Virus record (IMG/VR): IMGVR_UViG_3300012899_000001
Location: 1-50,180 of that record
Direction: 5' to 3' (one strand)
DNA from: a virus
Taxonomy: Duplodnaviria > Caudoviricetes
Length of the DNA: 50,180 nucleotides
Each line of letters starts with the position of its first letter. Position 1 is the first letter of the stretch. Shown here piece after piece: positions 18,992 through 27,572 of this stretch. A program made the position numbers and the translations under genes. The notes below the pieces were generated by a model, which was not told where the DNA came from, searched no databases, and saw nothing but the letters and a program-made list of their open reading frames with translations.

Positions 18992-19972
18992 TCAGCGCGG
19001 GGCCGCGACGAGCTTCAACCGCTTCTCGAACTCCATCCGTTCCTGATCCGTCACGTATCCGGGTTGGCCGGGCCGCTTGGTCGAGCACCGCGTGTAGAAA
19101 GCGGTGATCTCGGCCGGGCTGGGCCGTGTGAGACCGTGCGTCGGCGCCGGAAGAGCGTCGCCGCTCGGACCTGCGCCGCTGCCTGCGGCCGCCACCGGCG
19201 GAGCGGGCGTCTTGGGCAGCGTGGCCTTGTAGGCGTTGAAGAACTTGGCGACCGCCTGGGCGTTGCCCTTGGCGATATGCCCGTTCATCAGCTCCTGACG
19301 CACGTAGCCGGACGCCGAATCCTCCTGCTCGAGCCACGCGAGCCAGCCCGGCGACACGTCGATCTCGGGGTAGTCCGGGACCAGCTCGGTGAGCTTCTCC
19401 ACGAACTCGCGCTTGCGCGCCTCCATGTCAGCGGTCTGCTGGCGGGTCTCGCGGTCCTTCAGCGGCTTGACAGCTGCTGCGATGGCCGTGTCGACCTGCT
19501 TGCGTGCCGCCTTCATGACCGTCTCGACGATCACTTGGGCCTGGTCTTCGCCCAGCGTCTCGACCTGCTCCGGGGTGAGCAACTCACCCAGGTCGGTCTT
19601 CGGCGCCGGTGCGCTGGCTTGCAGGTTGCGGATCTGCTCCGTCAACTCGGACACCTGCTGGTGAAGCGCCTCGACCTCTTCGCGGTGCGTTGCGACCGCC
19701 GCCTTGAGCCGCCCTTCCGTGCTCAGGAAGCGCTGCTTCCAGTACACGGGGTTGCTCTCGCGAGGATCGCTTTCGGGCACCTGTGGGCCTGGCGTCAGGT
19801 CAGCAGGGGGCGTGGCCGTCTGCGGCGGCTGGGCCGACGCGTCCGGTACCACGGGATCTGGCTTCGTGCCACGCTGGGCATTTCGCTCATCGATGTGGGC
19901 CTGGACGGCCTCACTGATGCGCAACACCGCGCGGGGAAGACGGGTTTCGTTCTTGGCTGTTGAAGCCTGCAT
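18992..19972 (-). CDS. scaffolding protein
   Basis: Pro-rich then coiled coil, YWKQRF...EG; directly upstream of MCP. Confidence 0.7.
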   Translation of the reverse strand: MQASTAKNETRLPRAVLRISEAVQAHIDERNAQRGTKPDPVVPDASAQPPQTATPPADLTPGPQVPESDPRESNPVYWKQRFLSTEGRLKAAVATHREEVEALHQQVSELTEQIRNLQASAPAPKTDLGELLTPEQVETLGEDQAQVIVETVMKAARKQVDTAIAAAVKPLKDRETRQQTADMEARKREFVEKLTELVPDYPEIDVSPGWLAWLEQEDSASGYVRQELMNGHIAKGNAQAVAKFFNAYKATLPKTPAPPVAAAGSGAGPSGDALPAPTHGLTRPSPAEITAFYTRCSTKRPGQPGYVTDQERMEFEKRLKLVAAPR

Positions 19973-20050
19973 GTGTTCGTTCCTCGAGCCACGGCGCCTG
20001 ACGGCGGCCACGGGATTCGGGTTTCCAGGAGGCGAACGCGCGGTTCCTGA

Positions 20051-20305
20051 TCAGGCTCCAAACGGCCGGGGTGCGTGCACGGGGCGTTGGGAGTTGGCCT
20101 TGCTTTCCGCGGTCTTGATGCGCCCGATCATCTCGTCGAGCTGGCTGGCTCGGCCCTGAAGACGGTAGATGTCCGCCTCCGTGGCTCTGCGCAACTTGCC
20201 ATCAACCTCGGCCAGTTCGGCCTCGTACATGCTCACCAGGAACTTGCCTTCCGGGGATTTCGAGAACCGCGCCAGGAACTGCAGCTGGTCCGGGGTGAGC
20301 GTCAT
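20051..20305 (-). CDS. small head-assembly protein between portal and scaffold
   Basis: 84 aa, IYRLQGRA motif; synteny. Confidence 0.55.
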   Translation of the reverse strand: MTLTPDQLQFLARFSKSPEGKFLVSMYEAELAEVDGKLRRATEADIYRLQGRASQLDEMIGRIKTAESKANSQRPVHAPRPFGA

Positions 20306-20387
20306 GCGGCGGATTCTAGGGGGTCACCGCCGCGATTGCATATCTTTCAGGTTGGAATGCGTTGGGAGTTAGTGAAACTTACCCAAC

Positions 20388-22631
20388 TCATGCCTCGGCT
20401 GATTCCGCCGACGCGGGCTCCTTGGTGCCCATCGCCTTGGCGACGGCCTCCTGGACCACGTTGGCCAACACCTGGTTGCGCTGGGCCTCGCCCTCGCGCT
20501 GGCTGATCGCCTGCTCGCGCGCGAGCTGGACCTCCAGGTCCGCTTTGCCTTGCGCCGCGATCTTGGTCATCTCGAGCTGCTGCTGGGCCTGCATGGCCTC
20601 CTGCTGCGCGGCGGCCTGCGCCTTCTGGCTCGCGTCGAGCTCCTCGTCGGTGGGCACGCATTCGGCCGGCAACTCGAGCGCGGCCGCGGTCTCGCGCAGG
20701 ATGACCGCGCGGTACTTGGCCGTGATGATCTGGGCGTCGATGGGGTTCGCCGTCAGCTGCAGGAACTGCAGGCGGTTGGCCTGCGCGGCCTGCTTGATCA
20801 GGATCGCCGCGGCGCCGCGCGGCACCACGACGCAGTCGCCCTTGATGCTCGTGTCGGGGTTGTAGATCATTTCGTTGATGAACGTCTTGCCGATCGTGCG
20901 GCTGACCGCGTTCAGGTCGACGTTGCTGATCGCGCGGCGCAGGCCCTTGGCCGCGTTCGCCATCAGCATGCCCAGGCCGCTGGCCGTGTCGGCGCTGCCG
21001 CCGGCGCGCTCGTTGCCGTAGGTGTAGCGCGGGATGCCGGTGGCGTCATCCGCCTTGATCTCCCACTTCTCGTAGTTCGCCATGAGCGAGCCCGAGTTGT
21101 CCGCGGCCTGGAAGAAGCCGATGCCGGGCGCGGCTTGGCCGGCGGCCTGCGGGTCGCTCTTGAGCTGCCAGATTTTCCACGGGAAGATTTCCATGGTCTG
21201 CTCGCCATCGGCGAACCGATCGGCGTGCACCCAGACCATCGGGCCGCTGGCCATCGACATGTTGTCGGCCATGGCGCTGGCGAACTGGTTGCACATGCGC
21301 TGGCTCACCGACGCGAGATCAGGGATCGAGCGGCCCCAGAAGGCGCCCGGGATCTCGTCGTAGCAAGCCTTCCAGTACGGGCGCTCGTGCAGCGGGTCCG
21401 AGTTCAGCGTGGCGTACAGCACGTAGCTGCCACACAGCAACACGTTGCACTCGTACTCGCAGGTCTCGTCCAGCGGCGCGCCGTCCTTGCCGGAGACGCC
21501 CCAGGTCATGAGCTTCCAGCCGGGAACACTACCCCAGTAGTTGAGCGCGTCGATCGTACCCTGCGGCGACAGCCACATGAACATCGTCTCCTGCTCCAGG
21601 CGCTGACGCTCGGCCTCGGTCCACATCCAGTTGTCGAGCCGGCCGGCGCTGTAGTCCATCAGCGCCTTGTCGATCTGCTCGTCCTGGTAGCCGGGCAGGC
21701 CCTTCAGGTCGTACAGGTCGCTGCGGTGGAAGCGGATGCGCTCGATGAAGTCGCCCTTCTGCGGCGAGGTCGTGTTCGAGGCCGGGAAGCAGTCGAACGG
21801 ACTCACCCGCTCCCACCACGGGATCGGATCGTTCGTCACCTTGGGGGTGAAGTCCGCGTTCCACGACAGCCGGCGGTGGCGCTTGTAGGTGGGGCCCTTC
21901 AGGATCGCGGCCGGATAGGTCACGAAGTCCTCGATGAAGCCGTCCATCGCCGTTTGGTAGTTGCCCTCGGCGAGTCGGTCGGCGATGACCTTCTCCATGC
22001 GCTTGGCGCGCAGCTTCGCCGACCGCTGGTACTCCTCCTCGACCTCGGCGCGGATCTTGATGCCGATGTCCTTGGTGAGGTCGCGGAACTCCTGGGGGGC
22101 CATCACCCCGCCGCCGGCCTGCGCGGTCTGCTGCAGCACCTGCTGGGCCTCGGCGAGCGCCTTCTGCACCACCTGGTTGCGCAGCGGCTGCGGTAGGTCG
22201 GGCAGCGGCGTCGGGTCCACACCCCACGGCTGCTCGCCGGCCGGCAGCAGGATGTCGCGCAGCCACGCCGACGCGGCCCGGCACTTCGTCTCGGTGAGGT
22301 CGGTGAACACCAGGTTCATGCCGCCACCGGACTGCTGGACCTGCTGCACCTCGGCGGCGCTGTACATCTGCCGGCGGGCGCGCAGGCACGCGAGCAGCTT
22401 GCGGTCGATCACGACCTTGGCCAGCTTGTTCTTCTGCCACGCGAGGCGCACGTGCCCGACCAGCTCGGGGACGTTCTCGTCCTCGATGACGACCTCGGGC
22501 TCGGGGAGCTTGTCCGGCGCGTCGCGCTTGGCGAGGTCCGCCAGGCCGAGCTGGCGGATCAAGGGGCTGACGCCACCTGCGCGCGGCGCCGGAGCGGATT
22601 GAGCTGCTGGGGCGGGTGGATTGACGGCCAT
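20388..22631 (-). CDS. portal protein
   Basis: 747 aa; ERVSPFDCFP, PGAFWGRSIPD, ADDATGIPRY, TASGLGMLM motifs. Confidence 0.85.
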   Translation of the reverse strand: MAVNPPAPAAQSAPAPRAGGVSPLIRQLGLADLAKRDAPDKLPEPEVVIEDENVPELVGHVRLAWQKNKLAKVVIDRKLLACLRARRQMYSAAEVQQVQQSGGGMNLVFTDLTETKCRAASAWLRDILLPAGEQPWGVDPTPLPDLPQPLRNQVVQKALAEAQQVLQQTAQAGGGVMAPQEFRDLTKDIGIKIRAEVEEEYQRSAKLRAKRMEKVIADRLAEGNYQTAMDGFIEDFVTYPAAILKGPTYKRHRRLSWNADFTPKVTNDPIPWWERVSPFDCFPASNTTSPQKGDFIERIRFHRSDLYDLKGLPGYQDEQIDKALMDYSAGRLDNWMWTEAERQRLEQETMFMWLSPQGTIDALNYWGSVPGWKLMTWGVSGKDGAPLDETCEYECNVLLCGSYVLYATLNSDPLHERPYWKACYDEIPGAFWGRSIPDLASVSQRMCNQFASAMADNMSMASGPMVWVHADRFADGEQTMEIFPWKIWQLKSDPQAAGQAAPGIGFFQAADNSGSLMANYEKWEIKADDATGIPRYTYGNERAGGSADTASGLGMLMANAAKGLRRAISNVDLNAVSRTIGKTFINEMIYNPDTSIKGDCVVVPRGAAAILIKQAAQANRLQFLQLTANPIDAQIITAKYRAVILRETAAALELPAECVPTDEELDASQKAQAAAQQEAMQAQQQLEMTKIAAQGKADLEVQLAREQAISQREGEAQRNQVLANVVQEAVAKAMGTKEPASAESAEA

Positions 22632-22683
22632 GGGGCCGGATTATGCACTCGCTGGGTGCGAATGCAAAAGGGGTGCCTGAAAT

Positions 22684-22708
22684 GCAAGAGACCCCTTGCG
22701 GGGCCTCA
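22684..22708 (-). terminator. putative terminator closing the ncRNA array
   Basis: GAGGCCCC-GCAA-GGGGTCTC followed by a weak TTGCATTT tail. Confidence 0.55.
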
Positions 22709-22878
22709 GGGCAGGTTACCAGTCGTCCTGCGTCGGTGCGCGGAGCCGACGGGTGGCCCCAGGCTTACTCGGGCGGGCCGCCGGCGCCGTGCCGACACGA
22801 TCATGCGCACGTCCACCAGTCGCCTGCATGCTCGGCCGCTGGTGCTCCACCAGCCCGTGCTACGGCTGGCGGAGTTCA

Positions 22879-22956
22879 TGGTCTGGGTGGCAGGATTTGA
22901 ACCTGCGACAACTCGCTTCCAGGGCGAGGACTCTGGCCGGACTGAGCTACACCCAG
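22879..22956 (-). tRNA. tRNA-Pro(UGG) with atypical C33/A37
   Basis: Full cloverleaf: CTGGGTG/CACCCAG acceptor, A73, CCA, TTCAAAT T-loop, anticodon loop CCTGGAA. Confidence 0.85.
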
Positions 22957-22962
22957 ATTGAA

Positions 22963-23081
22963 GATGGTGGCCGGCGCTGATCTCCGGCTTTGCACTCGTT
23001 ACGCCGTTACCGGCAAGCGTGACCTATTTCGTCCGTGCCCGCACGCCAGGGCACTGCGCATCAGCCTACGCATTCACCATC
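22963..23081 (-). ncRNA. C4-like antisense RNA
   Basis: GATGGTGAATGCGTAGGCTGATGCGC ... GCCGGAGATCAGCGCCGGCCACCATC matches the C4 motif ends as I recall them. Confidence 0.75.
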
Positions 23082-23229
23082 ACGACTGCGAGCCGGGCCG
23101 ACGTCTCACTCGCCGGTAACCGTACCCTCGCTTGACTGAACTCGGCCGGCCTGATGGGGCCGGTTGCGTTCCTCGGTTCGACTTGCCGCTGATCAGGCGC
23201 CGTCAACTCGACTCGCAGTCGTCATGGTG
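23075..23229 (-). ncRNA. long-stem structured RNA
   Basis: 29-bp closing stem with 2 mismatches and 3 G-U pairs that form only on the minus strand. Confidence 0.6.
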
Positions 23230-23301
23230 TGGTGGACCGCGTCGGTGTCGAACCGACCAGGGATGGCTTGCAGGGCCTTCCTGCGCTCCGGCGCGCAGCC
23301 C
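23230..23301 (-). tRNA. non-canonical tRNA-Ala(UGC)-like RNA with minimal D-arm
   Basis: GGGCTGC/GCGGTCC acceptor with G3:U70, A73, CCA; T-arm GTCGG-TTCGACA-CCGAC; loop CCTGCAA. Confidence 0.65.
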
Positions 23302-23310
23302 AAGAGAAAG

Positions 23311-23387
23311 TGGTTGCGGGTTGGAGATTTGAACTCCCGACCTTCAGGGTATGAACCTGCTGCTCTTCCGGGCTGAGCTACCCCGCA
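23311..23387 (-). tRNA. tRNA-Met(CAU), fMet-like acceptor, several mismatches
   Basis: TGCGGGG...ACCCGCA-A-CCA, anticodon loop TTCATAC, TTCAAAT T-loop. Confidence 0.8.
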
Positions 23388-23394
23388 ACGGGAA

Positions 23395-23688
23395 TCAGGT
23401 GCTGGGGCACATGCGCCAGCTGTTCTCGATTCGCGGCGCCTCCCGGCGGATCTTGCGCAGCACGAAGGACTTGGCAGCCACCAGCAGTACGGCCGGGCGC
23501 TTCAGCAGCCGGTTGGCGTGCAGCTTGGCCAGCAGGCGGTCGACCACGTGCTTGAACGTGTCCTTGACCCAGCGATAGGTCTCGACGACCGCGAGGCGCG
23601 CCGTGGTCGCGATGCCGGTGCAGAAGCCACAGAAGGCGAGGGCCATGCCCAGCAGGAACATCACGCTCGATCGGAGGAAGGATTTCAT
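23395..23688 (-). CDS. hypothetical protein heading the ncRNA array
   Basis: GGAG RBS; hydrophobic N-terminus, basic C-terminus ending WRMCPST. Confidence 0.6.
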   Translation of the reverse strand: MKSFLRSSVMFLLGMALAFCGFCTGIATTARLAVVETYRWVKDTFKHVVDRLLAKLHANRLLKRPAVLLVAAKSFVLRKIRREAPRIENSWRMCPST

Positions 23689-23740
23689 CGGGGTCTCCAG
23701 GTGGTGGATGGGGAGTCAGTGTCGAAAGCCGAGAGCCTCC

Positions 23741-23768
23741 ACTGTAGCAGATGATGCGCTAAACGCAA
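23741..23768 (-). promoter_or_regulatory. putative sigma70 promoter for the ORF+ncRNA array
   Basis: TTGCGT-16 nt-TACAGT with TGn extended -10. Confidence 0.5.
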
Positions 23769-23776
23769 CCCCTCGT

Positions 23777-25318
23777 TCAGGCGGACCGCGACCACACCAC
23801 CGTGCGCCGCTGCACCGGGCGCACTTTCGCGTTCGTGAACTTGCGCTCGATCAGGTCGGGCGCAAAGCTGATGGCCAGCGAGTCGGCGCGGTCAGGCGAT
23901 TTCACGCCGGCCTTCTTCAGGTCCTTCTTCGCTTGCAGCTGGATGCGGAACTTGGCGTCATAGAAGTAGTCGAGCGCGGTCAACTCCTCGGCCAGGTCGT
24001 CGTTGTCCGGGATCTGCCCCGTCTCGAGCCACTCGCGCATGCGGCCCCAGCACTCGGCGCGCTGGTTCGAGTACGCCTTGTCGTCCTTGGCGGGCTGGCC
24101 CCACTGCAGCGGGATCAGCGTGGGCAGCCCGTTCATGCGCCGCAGCGTGCTGTCCAGGTCGGCGCCGTTGCCGATCGCGTCGTACACGATGCAGCTGATC
24201 GTCTTCTCCTGGCGCACCAGCTCGAAAATGCGCCCGCCCAGGTCCACGCCGTCGAAGCCCGACAGCGCGATCTGGTAGTGCACCTTGATGCCCTGGCGCA
24301 GCGTGATCACGCTGAAGTCGTCGCCGAAGCGCGCCGGGTCCACCGACAGGATCTTCGGGTACGCCTGGTACGCGGTGAGCCCGACGACGCGCCGGCGCGC
24401 GTTGAACACGAGCTCGGCCGAGATGAAGTTCGAGAAGCCCGCGCGCGGGAACTCTCCCTTCACGCGCACCCGCACGAAGTCGCTGTCCTCGCCGTACTCG
24501 ATGATCCATGTCTGGATCTGCTTCTTGTTGGAGAAGCTCACCGTGCGGCTGTCCACCCGCGAGTACGTGTTGCTGCGGCGGTCGCTCACCTCGATCAGGC
24601 CGCTCTCGGCCGACCAGCGCTTGCCCGGCTGCGAGCAACGCTTGAAGAACGCACCGGACGTCTTCGTCGGGTTGCCGTAGCGCAGCCAGATGATCTCGGT
24701 GTTCGCGTCGGTGAGCGCCCCCTCGGTGACCTCCCAGATGAGGTCGTCGATCGCCGACGCCTCGTCGAAGACCACCAGCAGGCGCTTGCCCTGGTTGTGC
24801 AGGCCGGCGAACGCCTCGGACTTCTCCTTCGACCACGGGATCGCGTCCAGGCGCCAGCTCTTCTCGCGCACCGGGTCGTCGGCGATGTGCAGCGCCGTCG
24901 CCGTGAACGTGAACAGCGAGCGCGCGATGAACAGGCCGTACCACTTGCCGAGCTCGGCCCATGTCTTCGTGCGCAGCTGGCTCTCCGTGTTCGCCGTCAC
25001 CACGCCGCGCGTGTCGGCGCACGTGCTGACCGCCCACAGCATCATCCACGACACCATCGCCGACTTCCCGATGCCGTGGCCCGACGACACGTCCTCCTGG
25101 ATCACGTCGCCCGTCTCGGCGGCGCCTGCGCGCAGCCTGTCGCCGATGCGCGTGAGCTGCGCGGTCTGCCAGTCCTCGGGCCCCGTCATGTCCTCGAGCG
25201 ACGTGTTCGGCTCGCCCCACGGGAACGCCCACATCACGAAGCCGAGCGGGTCGTGGCGGTAGCGCGCCAGGCCGTCCATCAGCTCGTCGATGGGCGTGTT
25301 CTTCACTCGCGTTGCCAT
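23777..25318 (-). CDS. terL: terminase large subunit
   Basis: Walker A SSGHGIGKS, Walker B VVFDEAS, GNPT, nuclease DPARFGDD and SPDRADS; in-frame extension to 25495 possible. Confidence 0.9.
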   Translation of the reverse strand: MATRVKNTPIDELMDGLARYRHDPLGFVMWAFPWGEPNTSLEDMTGPEDWQTAQLTRIGDRLRAGAAETGDVIQEDVSSGHGIGKSAMVSWMMLWAVSTCADTRGVVTANTESQLRTKTWAELGKWYGLFIARSLFTFTATALHIADDPVREKSWRLDAIPWSKEKSEAFAGLHNQGKRLLVVFDEASAIDDLIWEVTEGALTDANTEIIWLRYGNPTKTSGAFFKRCSQPGKRWSAESGLIEVSDRRSNTYSRVDSRTVSFSNKKQIQTWIIEYGEDSDFVRVRVKGEFPRAGFSNFISAELVFNARRRVVGLTAYQAYPKILSVDPARFGDDFSVITLRQGIKVHYQIALSGFDGVDLGGRIFELVRQEKTISCIVYDAIGNGADLDSTLRRMNGLPTLIPLQWGQPAKDDKAYSNQRAECWGRMREWLETGQIPDNDDLAEELTALDYFYDAKFRIQLQAKKDLKKAGVKSPDRADSLAISFAPDLIERKFTNAKVRPVQRRTVVWSRSA

Positions 25319-25494
25319 CAGCTCAGCCTCTCTCACAGGGATCTGGTCGAGGCGGGTGCCGTCCTTCCAGATGTTGGCGCACGTGCGCTTGCTCGGCACC
25401 ACGTTGTTGCGCAGCGCGTTGAAGCGTGGATCCCGGACGGCGCCCACCGCCTCCCGGTCGCGGCGCTCCGTTTCTGTCGTGTGCTGCCGGCGCA

Positions 25495-26187
25495 TCAGAA
25501 CAGGTCGTCATCGGCCGTGGTCTCTTCGGCCGTGGCGGGTTCGGCGTCGATGTCGAAAACGTCCTCGAACGGCTCGCCGGCGCCCTCGTCGAACGCATCC
25601 TCCGGCCCCACCAGCACCCGGCGCACCGGCACCTCCTCGACCGGCTGCAACGGCTCACGCCGCTTGGCGGCGTTCAGCCGGTCGGCCAGCGCCGACGCCA
25701 GCGCGTTCATGCCGTCGCCCTCGTCGTTCACCAGCTTGAAGTGCTTGGCCAGCAGGCCCAGCGCGTCCATCTTCGAGGCGAACTTGATCTTGATCACGTC
25801 GACGTAGTCGGGCTCCTTCAACGACCCCACGTTCTTCGTCTGCACCGTGATGCTCGTGATCGCCGCGGCCGTGTCGTCGTCGATCTCGTGGATCGGCAGA
25901 AGCTGCCCTTGCTTGTTGAAGATACGCCGCACGTCGGCGTAGGCCACGCGCGCGATCTCCCGCTTCGTGCGCTCCGCCGTGACTCCGGCGGCCTGCAGGC
26001 GCTGCGCGACCAGCGTGCGCACCCGCTCGACCATGCCGGGCGCCTTGGCCAGCTTCAGGTAGTTGTTCGGTGCGTGCGACAGGCCCATCTGCGTCAGGGC
26101 CTCTCGCGAGGTCAGGCCGTTCGCGATGTGCTGCGCGAATTCCTCCTGGCGCGCCGCGTCGATGAGTTCCCGTTGGGCGGACGTCAT
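25495..26187 (-). CDS. terS: terminase small subunit
   Basis: EIARVAYAD, LLPIHEIDDDTAAAI, KMDALGLLAKH motifs; upstream of terL. Confidence 0.8.
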   Translation of the reverse strand: MTSAQRELIDAARQEEFAQHIANGLTSREALTQMGLSHAPNNYLKLAKAPGMVERVRTLVAQRLQAAGVTAERTKREIARVAYADVRRIFNKQGQLLPIHEIDDDTAAAITSITVQTKNVGSLKEPDYVDVIKIKFASKMDALGLLAKHFKLVNDEGDGMNALASALADRLNAAKRREPLQPVEEVPVRRVLVGPEDAFDEGAGEPFEDVFDIDAEPATAEETTADDDLF

Positions 26188-26667
26188 AGGCGATTTTCGA
26201 TTTTCAAAAATCAAAAATTTTTCAGGAGGTCGACGAATCGTGGTGCACGAATCGCGAGTCCCCACCCCCACACCTTAAATTCCCCGATCGGGATCCACAA
26301 CCTGCAATCCACTGCGGATCGCGGGTCGGGGATCTCGATTTGGAAATCGGGGTTCTCTGGGGTGTGCATATTCAAGGGGGTGTGCCCCCTATGCTCAATC
26401 GCGGGCTGCCCCGGGGGTGGGGTAGCCTTGTGACGGCGCGAGGGCCTTGCGCTGCGCATCGGGCATGCCCTGCACCACCTCAGCAGCCCGGGCCGCGCCG
26501 GTCGCCTCGCTGGTCGATCGTGCATTGCCACAGCCCGTGGCTTGCGCCCGGAAGCGGGTCGGCGGCACGGCGTACTGCTGGTGAGTCGTCGGGGTGGCTT
26601 TCATGGGTCGTTCTCCTGTCGTTGCGGGGTGAAATGGGTTTAGCACCCAACGCACTACATAGGTAGC

Positions 26668-27000
26668 TCAGTGCGTCAGGGCGGAATTCGGGGCGGAAGT
26701 CTCGAGCGCGCGCAGCGCTTCCATGCGCCTGGCGTTGAACTCGATCACGAAATGCTGCACTGCAGCAGTGACGCTCGGCCAGTTCGTGCGGTTCGCGTCA
26801 TCGGTTTTGCCCTCCTGCAGCAGCTGGTCCAGCAAGCCGGCCGTGAATTCCTTCGCGGCGCGCAGCGGATCGGGCGCTGGCACTGCCGATTGCCAGATGA
26901 CTTCCTTTTTCAGTCCTGAGGGGAACTCGATCAAGAACCCAGCAACCGTGGGGTCCTGCATGGTAGTGAGTGCTCGCAACTTAGCCATTGTATGCCTCAT
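26668..27000 (-). CDS. hypothetical protein
   Basis: 110-aa ORF, start uncertain. Confidence 0.5.
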   Translation of the reverse strand: MRHTMAKLRALTTMQDPTVAGFLIEFPSGLKKEVIWQSAVPAPDPLRAAKEFTAGLLDQLLQEGKTDDANRTNWPSVTAAVQHFVIEFNARRMEALRALETSAPNSALTH

Positions 27001-27225
27001 TTTTGTGCAGCTGTGTACTTAGTATACAGCACCTGTAAACGAAGTATACAGCTTCTGAATCGAGAAAGAAGCATGACAAAGGGTCTTTCATATGCCTTTG
27101 AGTTATATCGATGTGCGCAGGTCGAACACATGTAAGACTTGTAAATAGAGCTTGAGGAATGGGGCAAGTCCGACGATGATTGAGGCATGTGCAGCAAGTG
27201 CTACACACCAACAGGAGCCCACACC

Positions 27226-27381
27226 ATGCGCGAAATCACTGCTACCTTGATTGCACCGTTTCTTCGTATCACCGGCCTGCGGTTTGACAAGTCCTGGCGC
27301 CAAGCTGACACAGGCTTCAAGGCTTTTGTGTTCGCGCGTTTGCTGAACACCACGGGCGCCAACATCAAAGCGAACACCTGA
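27226..27381 (+). CDS. small early hypothetical protein
   Basis: AGGAG RBS, 51 aa. Confidence 0.5.
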   Translation: MREITATLIAPFLRITGLRFDKSWRQADTGFKAFVFARLLNTTGANIKANT

Positions 27382-27572
27382 CCTTTCACTCACCAACAGG
27401 AGCTACCAAATGTCCGAACACCAAGCCAATCCCATCCTCGCGGAAACCCCGCCGACGCCCAGCTGGGCGCAGCCCTCGCGCTGCAAGCGGCCGCAGCACC
27501 TGACGGTGCTTGCGCGCTTGCTGCTGTGGCTCACGCACTGAGCCACCCACACCACATCACAAGGATCACACC

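Noticed and set aside
23268-23274. Reading the tRNA-like loop as Cys(GCA)
   Set aside because: Stem geometry centres UGC, and G3:U70 plus A73 indicate Ala
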